IMG/VR virus record: IMGVR_UViG_2740892439_000018
DNA from: a virus
Taxonomy: Duplodnaviria > Heunggongvirae > Uroviricota > Caudoviricetes
DNA length: 16,746 nt
Direction: 5' to 3' (one strand)
The notes below the pieces were generated by a model. That model searched no databases. It was not told where the DNA came from and saw only the letters and a program-made list of their open reading frames with translations. Below, piece by piece: positions 1-7,964 of the stretch (position 1 is the first letter of the stretch; the number at the start of each line of letters is the position of its first letter). The position numbers and the translations under genes were made by a program.

Positions 1-303
1 ATGATAGGCCGCGCAGCTCAGGGAAGACCCTGGATCTTTCGGGAAATCCAGCATTATCTGGACACTGGGGAGTTGCTGCCCCCGCTGCCTTTGGCAGAGG
101 TTAAGCGCTTGCTTTGCGCGCACGTTCGGGAACTGCATGACTTTTATGGTCCGGCAAAAGGGTACCGAATTGCACGTAAACACGTTTCCTGGTATCTCCA
201 GGAACACGCTCCAAATGACCAGTTTCGGCGCACATTCAACGCCATTGAGGATGCCAGCGAACAGCTGGAGGCGTTGGAGGCATACTTCGAAAATTTTGCG
301 TAA
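1..303 (+). CDS. dusB: tRNA-dihydrouridine synthase B, C-terminal fragment (5' end lies outside window)
   Basis: Translation ends ...RTFNAIEDASEQLEALEAYFENFA, recognised as the DusB C-terminus; TAA at 301-303; immediately upstream of fis as in the conserved dusB-fis operon. First ATG in window is internal, not the true start. Confidence 0.85.
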   Translation: MIGRAAQGRPWIFREIQHYLDTGELLPPLPLAEVKRLLCAHVRELHDFYGPAKGYRIARKHVSWYLQEHAPNDQFRRTFNAIEDASEQLEALEAYFENFA

Positions 304-328
304 ACAGAAATAAAGAGCTGACAGAACT

Positions 329-625
329 ATGTTCGAACAACGCGTAAATTCTGACGTACTGACCGTTTCTACCGTTAACTCTCAGGATCAGGTAACCCAA
401 AAACCCCTGCGTGACTCGGTTAAACAGGCACTGAAGAACTATTTTGCTCAACTGAATGGTCAGGATGTGAATGACCTCTATGAGCTGGTACTGGCTGAAG
501 TAGAACAGCCCCTGTTGGACATGGTGATGCAATACACCCGTGGTAACCAGACCCGTGCTGCGCTGATGATGGGCATCAACCGTGGTACGCTGCGTAAAAA
601 ATTGAAAAAATACGGCATGAACTAA
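329..625 (+). CDS. fis: DNA-binding protein Fis (nucleoid-associated factor for inversion stimulation)
   Basis: 98-aa product [21 protein letters not shown]...[17 protein letters not shown] recognised as E. coli Fis with C-terminal HTH; ATG 329, TAA 623-625. Confidence 0.97.
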
Positions 626-688
626 TTCAGGTTAGCTAAATGCTTGATTAAAAAGGCGCTACTCGGCATGGGGAAGCGCCTTTTTTAT
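609..688. repeat. attL: left copy of perfect 80-bp direct repeat (fis 3' end plus terminator)
   Basis: 80/80 identity with 15760-15839, checked base by base; flanking bases differ at 608/15759 and 689/15840. Covers the last 17 nt of fis and the downstream hairpin. Confidence 0.88.
650..688 (+). terminator. fis rho-independent terminator (copy inside attL)
   Basis: Stem AGGCGCT (654-660) / AGCGCCT (675-681) followed by TTTTTT (681-686); A-tract upstream. Confidence 0.7.
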
Positions 689-692
689 TAAA

Positions 693-714
693 ATGACTGC
701 ACCACTGACTGCAC
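693..714. repeat. 22-bp arm-type repeat TGACTGCACCACTGACTGCACA (left arm), internally a tandem ACTGACTGCAC pair
   Basis: Exact 22-bp match with 15611-15632 in the same orientation; lies 5 bp inside attL. Confidence 0.6.
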
Positions 715-1037
715 ATAAGCACGAACGAAACCGAACAATAATAAATAGAATAGATACCTGCCAGTGGTTATGTCTCCGCAGTGATGTGTTTTTTCATTTT
801 TAATGGGGATAAAAACGGTGTGGTGAGCGGTCCGGAAGACGCCATGGCAAGAGTTTTGCCCCGCTTCTCCCTGTGCATGATAGATAACCGAGGGCGGAAT
901 TCCGCCTTCGGTGCTCACATATGAGAAATAATATTTCGTCCACCGATACCCTTTATTTGGGTATCGCGAGTAAGCCCCAGAATCTGGGTGTTACTCTTAC
1001 TACCCAAACTACGGGTAGTTTCCGTAGTTTCATGGTC

Positions 1038-1106
1038 GAGTTGCAGATCTGCAACTCACCCACCAGCCAACCCATTTTGGGGCTGTCGGGAATATCAACC
1101 AGTTAC
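1038..1106. repeat. Structured non-coding repeat unit A: 20-bp perfect palindrome GAGTTGCAGATCTGCAACTC (1038-1057) followed by 44-bp conserved block (1063-1106)
   Basis: Palindrome verified; 44-bp block matches 1367-1410 at 36/44 positions, including CCAGCCAAC and TCGGGAATATCA.C.AGTTAC. Confidence 0.55.
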
Positions 1107-1348
1107 TGACAATGCTCTGGGCGTTCTGTCTAGCTGGTGGCTGTGGCTGGACGCTAATTTTTGCGTACCACTTTTGCGCACTTTTTCAGGGTCGGATTTC
1201 AGATCCCCACCATTCTGGGAGCAGTTGCAGGGGCCGAATAAATCAATAGCCGTGCTGGTAACGTTTTGCATGACAAGTTTTGACAGTTTTTTATCTTCCG
1301 GCCTCCTCAAAATTGAGGATTGAAGAAAAGTCAATGGGTTAGGTCATC

Positions 1349-1410
1349 GTGCAAATTTGCACTATGCCAGCCAACGCAATTTTGCGTTATCGGGAATATC
1401 AGCAAGTTAC
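1349..1410. repeat. Structured non-coding repeat unit B: 14-bp perfect palindrome GTGCAAATTTGCAC (1349-1362) followed by 44-bp conserved block (1367-1410)
   Basis: Same architecture as unit A about 300 bp away, in the same orientation. Confidence 0.55.
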
Positions 1411-1697
1411 CGCCGCAGTCGTTCCGGCTTCTTCCACTGGTAAGTATTTTTCGCGCTCTCCCTCCGTTGTTGAGAACGGCGACGGTATGCCAGCAACTCA
1501 AGGACTCTGGTTCGTATGTTGCGCATATCCACGCCGTTAAGCTCAATACCGTCACGGCGCATCACCTCAGCCACCACACGCGCGTAATTTTCGGCTATCA
1601 CGCTGTCCGGCTGTGTAGCCTGTTCGTCAGGCTGCTGACTGATTCCGGTAATGCGGCGAATTATTTTTAGTAGATCAGTTTCAGTCATTCTCGTCAT
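1407..1697 (-). CDS. Hypothetical protein, translationally coupled to terL (ATGA overlap)
   Basis: 96-aa ORF whose ATG (1697-1695) overlaps the terL stop TGA (1696-1694); N-terminal two-thirds protein-like, basic C-terminus looks odd. No recognised family. Confidence 0.35.
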   Translation of the reverse strand: MTRMTETDLLKIIRRITGISQQPDEQATQPDSVIAENYARVVAEVMRRDGIELNGVDMRNIRTRVLELLAYRRRSQQRRESAKNTYQWKKPERLRR

Positions 1698-3355
1698 ACC
1701 CCATCAAACGCCGCAAGTCGCTCTTTGTGGCTGTCGCTCATATCAAATGCAAATTCCTCATGCTCTGCCTGGAATGTGCCAAACGCCATCAGCGCCGCAA
1801 CGCTCGGGTCTATCTTGTTGGATGATTTTTTCTTGTTCGGCTTGATATTGGCGTTCGCGTCACTCTGCATCACAACATTACTCATTGACCAGGCCAGCAC
1901 CGGATCACCACGATGCACAATCACCTTCCGGTTAACAAAAACTTCGAACGATTTCGCCGCCGGACTGAAACGAAGGTATGTTTGCGGGAACGGCTCCACC
2001 TCAAATCCTGCCCCCTGTAGCTGCGTCCTCAGGTGCGTGGCGTTCCATGTATCGAAGCCCACCAGCCTGATATTGAAATTCTCTGCATCCGCCATGATGT
2101 CATCACGGATACGGTCATAATCAATGCAGTCACCCGGTGTTGTGCGTATCCAGCCCGCCTTTACCCACTGGCGATAGATGGCGCGGTTTTTATTGGCGGG
2201 GTTCTGTAGCTGAAATTCCGGCAGATAGTGACGGGAAACCAGCATAATCTTTTTACCGACCGGAAAGGCATAGCACACGCTGGAAATATCGCTGGTTGAT
2301 GATAAGTCCAGCCCCGCGTAGCACTCCTGCCCGTATAAATCCGCCTCCGCGAACGTTCCGGCGCACTCCGCCCATGCACCGTTACCCATCCACGGCGTAG
2401 CCCCCTGACACCAGATATTGAATCGCTTGGTGAGCATTTCCACCCACTGCGACGGAATACCCCGCGCTTTCTGGATGGTTGAGGCCAGTTTTTCACGATC
2501 GACGGAAACATCGATATTTGGATTCGCCTTTATCCACATCGCCGGATCGTCAACCTCGCTTTCATCATCCAGCTCGTAAATCAGAACGAACATGGATTCG
2601 TTCATCTCTTCACCATCCAGTATCTGACAGCAATAGTCATAGTGTTGTTTACAGGCTGAAACAACGTTGCTCCCCGATGTGGTGATGGCAAATAACAGCC
2701 CCTCCGGACGCGCCCCCATCCCCAGCTCAAGTGCGGAATAAACCCCGTTGTCTGGGTGCAGGTGATATTCATCCACAATGGCAAGACTCGGGTTTGTCCC
2801 CTCAATGGTTGCCGCTTTTGCTGCCAGTGGCTTTAACAGGCTGTTGGTTTTCGGGTGTATCACCTTGTGCGCCTGAATATTTACCCGCTTTCGTAACGGT
2901 CGGGATAAAAGGCACATCTGACGCGCATCATCAAACACGATCCGCGCCTGATCACGACTCACGGCGGCGGTGTAAATATCCTGCTGCCCGTTTTCCATAA
3001 CCAGAAACCAGTTAGCCAGGATAGCGGCGACCGTGGATTTGGCATTTTTTCGCGGTACTTCAATGAATGCGCTGGTGTATTTGCGCCGTCCGGTGGCCTT
3101 AACCTTAAAGCCCAGGATGCAGGCAAAGGCGAACTGCTGCCACGGCTCCAGTTCAATGGGACTACCGCGCATTGCGCCTTTTACGTGCGGACACACCCGG
3201 GAAAAGGCAATAAACCGCTCCACGACCTCCGGATCGAACGTGTAAAGGGAGTTTTCAAGGTCAGAAAAATACCGTTTAACGGCCTGTTTCAGTCGTTTAC
3301 AGGCCGTAATTTTGCCGTTTTTTACGCCTTCTGCGTACTCATGCCAGGCGGTCAA
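1694..3355 (-). CDS. terL: Terminase large subunit (TerL)
   Basis: 553-aa product with a terminase-type N-terminal ATPase region and C-terminal nuclease region; follows terS with 17-nt overlap. Start appears to be TTG at 3355 preceded by GAGGAAGAGG Shine-Dalgarno. Confidence 0.92.
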   Translation of the reverse strand: MTAWHEYAEGVKNGKITACKRLKQAVKRYFSDLENSLYTFDPEVVERFIAFSRVCPHVKGAMRGSPIELEPWQQFAFACILGFKVKATGRRKYTSAFIEVPRKNAKSTVAAILANWFLVMENGQQDIYTAAVSRDQARIVFDDARQMCLLSRPLRKRVNIQAHKVIHPKTNSLLKPLAAKAATIEGTNPSLAIVDEYHLHPDNGVYSALELGMGARPEGLLFAITTSGSNVVSACKQHYDYCCQILDGEEMNESMFVLIYELDDESEVDDPAMWIKANPNIDVSVDREKLASTIQKARGIPSQWVEMLTKRFNIWCQGATPWMGNGAWAECAGTFAEADLYGQECYAGLDLSSTSDISSVCYAFPVGKKIMLVSRHYLPEFQLQNPANKNRAIYRQWVKAGWIRTTPGDCIDYDRIRDDIMADAENFNIRLVGFDTWNATHLRTQLQGAGFEVEPFPQTYLRFSPAAKSFEVFVNRKVIVHRGDPVLAWSMSNVVMQSDANANIKPNKKKSSNKIDPSVAALMAFGTFQAEHEEFAFDMSDSHKERLAAFDGV

Positions 3356-3695
3356 GTTCGTCCTCTTCCTCTGTTTCCGGTGGATTTCTGCGACGGCTTA
3401 CCGGGTCAAAACCCAGCAAAGAAGCCATTTTGATCATTATTCTTTCTGCGTCAGCCTTTGCGCTCAGTGCGGGGTTTCTGCTCTCGCTGCCCTGACTGTT
3501 AACAATGCTGAACCCGCGCGTCGCAAGGTCTTCGACGGCTTTGCGGTATATGGAGTAGTTAACACAATACAGTTCCAGATTGCTCCAGTCGGCGGGGGTA
3601 AGGTCTTCCCGCCCGGAAAGCTGGCGCGATTTTTCCTTCCACTGCCTGACCGCGATTTCATCCAGGTAAGCGGGGGCTTTTGGTGGTCTTGCCAT
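3339..3695 (-). CDS. terS: Terminase small subunit (P27-like TerS)
   Basis: MARPPKAPAYLDEIAVRQWKE... resembles P27-family small terminase; immediately upstream of terL. ORF-track start at 3740 is a TTG; first ATG is at 3695. Confidence 0.82.
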   Translation of the reverse strand: MARPPKAPAYLDEIAVRQWKEKSRQLSGREDLTPADWSNLELYCVNYSIYRKAVEDLATRGFSIVNSQGSESRNPALSAKADAERIMIKMASLLGFDPVSRRRNPPETEEEDELDRLA

Positions 3696-3746
3696 GTTCT
3701 TTTTTCGCCCAATTATTTTCAAAAAAATTACCGTGCACAAAAATTT

Positions 3747-3805
3747 GAGGGGGCGGTCGGTGTCCGGCAGGGACGGTTTCGTCCTGAAAACCCCCCCCCC
3801 CCCCC
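3747..3805. other. GC-rich block plus C15 homopolymer between HNH and terS; candidate cos/packaging site
   Basis: GAGGGGGCGGTCGGTGTCCGGCAGGGACGGTTTCGTCCTG (3747-3786) then 15 consecutive C (3791-3805); sits where HNH-dependent cos phages place cos, upstream of terS. Confidence 0.4.
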
Positions 3806-3983
3806 TCTGACGGCCTCACCAGCGATTGCGAAAACATTCCATGACCTCGCGGTCACGGTCGGTTAATCGCTTCGCTGTGGTGCGTTTTGTGCGCCCTGTC
3901 CTGTTGGCTTTGTGCTCTGTCTCCTGTGTCTTCCATGTGTCACGCTGCCTTATCAGTCCACGTATCAGCTGGTTTGCTCCTGT

Positions 3984-4424
3984 TCAGTCATCATCGCCAT
4001 ACATCCAGTCGTTACGGTGTGCCGCCCGTTCTTCCTGCTCGCGATACATGCCCGCTTTACGGTTTGCTTTCGTGGCTGGATCTTCCCGTGTCGTCTTACG
4101 GTTGTGGCACGTCTGGCACAATGCCTGGTGATTCCACTCAGGCCAGAAGAGAACATCACCGCCGCCATTGATGGGAATGATGTGATCCACCACAAGAGCT
4201 GGCGTATAAATCCCCTTAGCCAGACAACGCACGCATAACGGGTTTTTGCTCAGGTACAGGGCGCGGTATTTGTCCCACTGTCGGGAATACCCGCGCGCGC
4301 GGCGGTGTCCCCGTCTGGCATCCTCTGCACGCCATGCAGCCCGCCTGTGCTCTTCACACTTGCCGGACTTCACGCGCTTATTACAGCCAGGCTCAGTGCA
4401 TCGCCTTAATGGTTGCCACGGCAT
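3984..4424 (-). CDS. HNH endonuclease (phage packaging-associated)
   Basis: 146-aa product with Cys-rich N-terminus (CTEPGC...C..C) and HNH core ...LVVDHIIPINGGGD...NHQALCQTCHNRKT; AGGGGTG Shine-Dalgarno; overlaps connector stop (TGATG). Confidence 0.9.
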   Translation of the reverse strand: MPWQPLRRCTEPGCNKRVKSGKCEEHRRAAWRAEDARRGHRRARGYSRQWDKYRALYLSKNPLCVRCLAKGIYTPALVVDHIIPINGGGDVLFWPEWNHQALCQTCHNRKTTREDPATKANRKAGMYREQEERAAHRNDWMYGDDD

Positions 4425-4726
4425 CAGTACACCCCTACGTCACGATAAACTGACCAGAGCGCAGAAATAGCCATAGGCAGTTCCGAGTGCTCCACTGGTG
4501 AAACCGCTTCCCGGTTCTCGTACAGGAAAGCGATGTACATCAGGCAACCAACACGCATTGCCGGGGTAAATTCCAGCCCGTCTTCAAAACGTTTCCCGAT
4601 ATGCTTCTGGCAGGCTTCCAGCGCCGCATCGGTATACATTTTCAGAAGTTCGCCTTCACCGGATAAATCATCATCAAGTCGAAGATGTGCCCTGACTTCA
4701 TCAGGTGTAATTCTGGCTTCACTCAT
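4424..4726 (-). CDS. Head-tail connector / DNA-packaging protein (gp6-like)
   Basis: MSEARITPDEVRAHLRLDDD... resembles the N-terminus of gp6-type head-tail connector proteins; GGGAGA Shine-Dalgarno before ATG 4726; 8-nt overlap with portal stop. Confidence 0.65.
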   Translation of the reverse strand: MSEARITPDEVRAHLRLDDDLSGEGELLKMYTDAALEACQKHIGKRFEDGLEFTPAMRVGCLMYIAFLYENREAVSPVEHSELPMAISALWSVYRDVGVY

Positions 4727-5933
4727 CTTTTCTCCCTTTAATTTCCACAGTCTGTTTCCATGCCTGGCTGAACTCATCACCACCTTCACGCGGCGGCATA
4801 CCCTCACGCTCACGGGCTTCGTTCGGATTCATGATCCCGTTCTTAATCCCTTTCTCATACGTGGCATAACGTTCGGTGGGTGTGGCGCGTAATAAATCGG
4901 CTGAATCAAACTCAACCAGATAACGGGTACCAGGTACGGGAGAAGCCACCAGCAAAGCGGCCTTGATTTGCTGTTCGAAGTTCGCCAGCCACGGGCGCAT
5001 TGTCATGGTCAGAAACGCGCGGCTTGCCTCGCTGAAATTGCTGTAGGTGCTGTTGCTGTATTCCTGCAGAAAAATAGGCGATACGTTGAACATGCGGGCG
5101 ATGTCTTCAATGGAGAAGCGACGGGAGGCCAGCCATTCCGCATCCTGGTTACTCATTCCCAGTTGCCTGTAATCCATGCCCCCTTCAAGGATTGGCGTTT
5201 TTCCGGCATTTTTCGCCCCCTTGTAGCGTTCCAGAGCATCCAATGCCTGTTTACCTTTCACGCCGTCCAGCCATTCGCCTGACGTGATAATCCCTGCCGC
5301 CATCATGCCATCTTTCATAATGCTGGCTCCGTGGCGCTGTTGAGCAAGGCCAAGCCCAAGTGCCTCACGGCAAATCGTGACGGGGGAGCGCCCCAGAAAG
5401 CCATCATCCGAGGCATAGCGGAGATGCAGAACTTCTTCCTGTAAATACGTGCGCACCGTTCCTGTATAGGGTTCGGTGATGGTATAGCGGTATTTGTGTG
5501 CGCCTGTGCGTTCCGGTACAACACACCCCGGCGCATAAGGATGAAGTGATTTTGGCTGCCCGTCCTGCCCCCACTCAATAACCGCATAGGCGTTACCGTT
5601 CAGCAGGCAGTGACGCATCATTGTGCGTTTAAACTGGTAAGGTGTCTGGCACGAATTAGGCTGCTCATTCAGCAGAATATCTACCGGGTGACTGTCCAGC
5701 CATTCCCGCGCCTCCCTGCCCTTGTCATTACGTACCAGATACAGATAACACGGCATCGTGGCCACCGCCTCAGCGATGACAGAAACCGCATTCATCACTG
5801 CAGGCAATGATTCAGCCGTCCCGGCAGAAACATATTCTCCGGATCCGGTATTCGGTACGCCGGACAGCGCCAGAAAATCATCAATGGACAGGTTACGCTG
5901 CTCGCTTTTTTTACGACTAAAAGGCCACCACAT
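4719..5933 (-). CDS. Portal protein (HK97 family)
   Basis: Portal-like blocks (LPAVMNAVSVIAEAVATMPCYLY, NEQPN, LLNGNAY, IARMFNVSPIFL, RPWLANFEQ); first ATG at 5933, 1 nt after protease stop. ORF-track start 6023 is TTG. Confidence 0.92.
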   Translation of the reverse strand: MWWPFSRKKSEQRNLSIDDFLALSGVPNTGSGEYVSAGTAESLPAVMNAVSVIAEAVATMPCYLYLVRNDKGREAREWLDSHPVDILLNEQPNSCQTPYQFKRTMMRHCLLNGNAYAVIEWGQDGQPKSLHPYAPGCVVPERTGAHKYRYTITEPYTGTVRTYLQEEVLHLRYASDDGFLGRSPVTICREALGLGLAQQRHGASIMKDGMMAAGIITSGEWLDGVKGKQALDALERYKGAKNAGKTPILEGGMDYRQLGMSNQDAEWLASRRFSIEDIARMFNVSPIFLQEYSNSTYSNFSEASRAFLTMTMRPWLANFEQQIKAALLVASPVPGTRYLVEFDSADLLRATPTERYATYEKGIKNGIMNPNEAREREGMPPREGGDEFSQAWKQTVEIKGRKDE

Positions 5934-5934
5934 A

Positions 5935-6495
5935 TCACAACCCCGCCAGCTCAGACCAGCGATGACGATTATTTCCTGTCGGGCATAATTCAGGGTGCTG
6001 TGCAAACAACGAACGGTGGGCAATCTCCACGCCAGATTCTGGATAAGCAGGCATCGACGTTATTGTGATTTCACGGAGTTCAGCGGCGGTTACGGTACGC
6101 AAATACGGTTTTTGCGCGATACTCCACTCCTCGCATAATGCGCGAAAACCAAAGCTCATTCCTGTAATGTCGCCACGCTCCACCAGCGTAAGCACATCTT
6201 TTCCAAGCTGGGTATCCGGCGGTGTCAGTTCAAAACGTAACCCGGTGTTATCCTCAGTCAGTACCAGAGTGCCGGATTTGGTGCGCCCCAGCAGTTGGGT
6301 ATAGTCATGCTCATACAGGCAGCGCACATCATTACCCGCCGCCAGATAGTCAGCAAAAGCCCCCGGCGTGAACTGTTCGCGGAATTCGTCCCAGATAATT
6401 TCTGAAAGGCTGTTCCAGCGAACGGCATACCCCACCAGCTTTTTATTGCTGGCGGTCAGTTCAGATGTGCGGATTTCAAAATCGGTGTTTTTCAT
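5935..6495 (-). CDS. Prohead maturation protease (HK97 family, S78/U35)
   Basis: 186-aa product with GYAVRWN...FTPGAF...EHD...LGRT...EDNTGLRFE...GMSFGF pattern typical of HK97 prohead proteases; GGAG Shine-Dalgarno 7 nt before ATG 6495. Confidence 0.9.
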   Translation of the reverse strand: MKNTDFEIRTSELTASNKKLVGYAVRWNSLSEIIWDEFREQFTPGAFADYLAAGNDVRCLYEHDYTQLLGRTKSGTLVLTEDNTGLRFELTPPDTQLGKDVLTLVERGDITGMSFGFRALCEEWSIAQKPYLRTVTAAELREITITSMPAYPESGVEIAHRSLFAQHPELCPTGNNRHRWSELAGL

Positions 6496-6515
6496 CGGTG
6501 TACTCCATAAAGCTG

Positions 6516-6537
6516 AAAAAGGAGGCCGCAGCCTCCT
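6516..6537 (-). terminator. Intra-operon hairpin / partial terminator between capsid and protease genes
   Basis: Stem AGGAGGC (6520-6526) / GCCTCCT (6531-6537), 4-nt loop; on the minus-strand transcript it is followed by UUUU (plus-strand AAAA 6516-6519). Confidence 0.5.
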
Positions 6538-6549
6538 CCTTACTCATGA

Positions 6550-7717
6550 CTAGCCAGCTTTCATTTCCAGAATTTTGATGGCGTTTGAATCCACCACACC
6601 ACCGCCCAGATATTTATCCGTGTGGACCTTGTAGAATCCGGGTTCAGTAATGTTGTCCGGTCGGGTGCGAATCCCTGTTACATGATCAACGATGAAATAA
6701 CCACGACTGAAATCGCCAACCGCTAGCGGTGCTTTTCCTGCGCCGATGTCCGGCATGGACTCCAGGCAGTAAACAGGACGACCAAGCAACATATCCGGCG
6801 CACCTTCTTTAAGGCTGTCGCGCCAGATATAATCGCCGTTCTCATTTTTCAGCTTCTGTAGTGTCCCTGCCGTGCCCGAGTTCATCACCCAGACGGCATT
6901 TTTGCGGTATTTCGCTTTCAGCTTGTAGAGAATGTCGATCAGTTCGTCCGCTGTAATGGCGGTTCCACTTGCCGCTACCATTTTTTCAATGGTGCCAAAA
7001 GCGCGGGTTTTGTCACTGGTCGCCGCACGGGTGTAAGCATGAAGCCTTTCGGCTTGCCGTTACCGTTGCCATTAACAAAATCATCCTCTTCGGTGCTGGC
7101 GAACGTGTCGGCAATTTCGGAGGATAACCAGCCAGAATATCCACCTCTGAAAAATCTAGGATTTCCTGCGTGGTTTTCGGGTAGGCGTAGATCGGGTTCA
7201 GCTTGATGGTTACGCGTTCAATTTTCGGGGTGTTGGTTTCACTGCGTGCGCTGCCTTCTGTGCCTCGTCCTACAGTTGCGCCGCCAGTGGAAACCAGTTT
7301 CTGAAACTCATTTGATTTTGCAGTCTTCACGGTCGCGATCACGCGCATAACACTGTCATCCTGTAGCTGGCGCATGACTTCGCGATCAAGCTCAGGAATT
7401 ACGGTATATCCGCCATCCCTGCCGCTGTCAGTGCTGGTGGACAGAGATCGCACATCTCCGGTTACGATGTAGTTACGCAATTCATCAGATGATACTTTCT
7501 GGATGCCCGTTCCTGGCTTGCTGCGTTCTTCATCAGCCACAGACTCGAGGCGGGAAATGTCTGTATCGAGGGAATCAGCTTTTGCACGCAGTTCATCAAA
7601 CTGTTTGCCCTCGTCATCGTTCAGGCTGCGGTTTTCACTGTCGGCTTTTTCCAGCAGGGATCGCATCTGGTTTTTCAGGGCGTTTTTTTGCTGGCGGAGC
7701 TCGATTAATTTCTTCAT
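6550..7717 (-). pseudogene. Major capsid protein (HK97 family), disrupted by two single-base frameshifts
   Basis: N-terminal frame 7717-7013 (coiled-coil delta-like region then TIKLNPIYAYPKTTQEILDFSEVDILAGY); a third frame across about 7125-7035 reads SSEIADTFASTEEDDFVNGNGNGKPKGF; C-terminal frame 6981-6550 reads AYTRAATSDKTRAFGTIEKMVAASG...MKAG. Hand translation puts the shifts near 7119-7126 and 7036-7043. Confidence 0.85.
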
Positions 7718-7964
7718 GAAGGTTTTCTCGTATTGGTTAAGATTCAGGACGTGAAACCAACACGGAGGGAGCGCCGCCCGACACTCTCGGCATCTCGCAG
7801 ATCAACCCGGCATCGCGCAGGGGATCGGACGGCAACAGTGGCGGCTCACGTCTGAGTGCCACTATTTAAGATATGGATCAAAAAATTGATGTAAATAAGG
7901 TATTTTTGTTACGAACAGTCTTGAATGTTAACACACAAATAATTTACAAAAATGCTGATAAACT

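Noticed and set aside
609-688. tRNA or tmRNA gene as integration target
   Set aside because: The direct repeat is the 3' end of fis plus its terminator; no cloverleaf-compatible sequence or tRNA-like 3' end is present at either junction.
688-1670. Short ORFs in the left arm (688-918, 921-1109, 988-1323, 1095-1334, 1320-1670, 1331-1555, 1349-1540)
   Set aside because: Mutually overlapping, no convincing Shine-Dalgarno or protein-like composition, and they cross the palindromes and repeats; treated as non-coding, possibly decayed. Only 1407-1697 was kept, at low confidence, because of its ATGA coupling to terL.
1725-3245. Plus-strand ORFs (1725-2120, 2479-2685, 2731-3000, 3033-3245) and minus-strand ORFs (2161-2511, 2602-2805, 2959-3156) overlapping terL
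   Set aside because: All lie within or antisense to the well-supported terminase large subunit gene and have low-complexity, Arg/Ser/Pro-rich translations typical of spurious frames.
3339-3740. Upstream extensions of terS (to 3740), int (to 15665), portal (to 6023) and pri-rep (to 11792) as given in the ORF track
   Set aside because: Those track starts are TTG or GTG codons without Shine-Dalgarno sequences and add non-conserved N-terminal residues; the first ATG with a ribosome-binding site was preferred (terL is the exception, where TTG at 3355 follows a strong Shine-Dalgarno).
3826-4238. Plus-strand ORFs antisense to the HNH gene and candidate cos region
   Set aside because: Overlap the confidently assigned HNH endonuclease on the opposite strand; Cys/Ser-rich translations with no ribosome-binding sites.
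7013-7150. Programmed ribosomal frameshifting in the capsid gene
   Set aside because: Two shifts in the same direction within ~85 nt, with no slippery heptamer or downstream pseudoknot evident; indels (decay or sequencing error) are the simpler explanation.
7489-7754. Plus-strand ORFs overlapping the capsid gene N-terminus
   Set aside because: Antisense to the capsid coding region with Ser/Arg-rich low-complexity translation.
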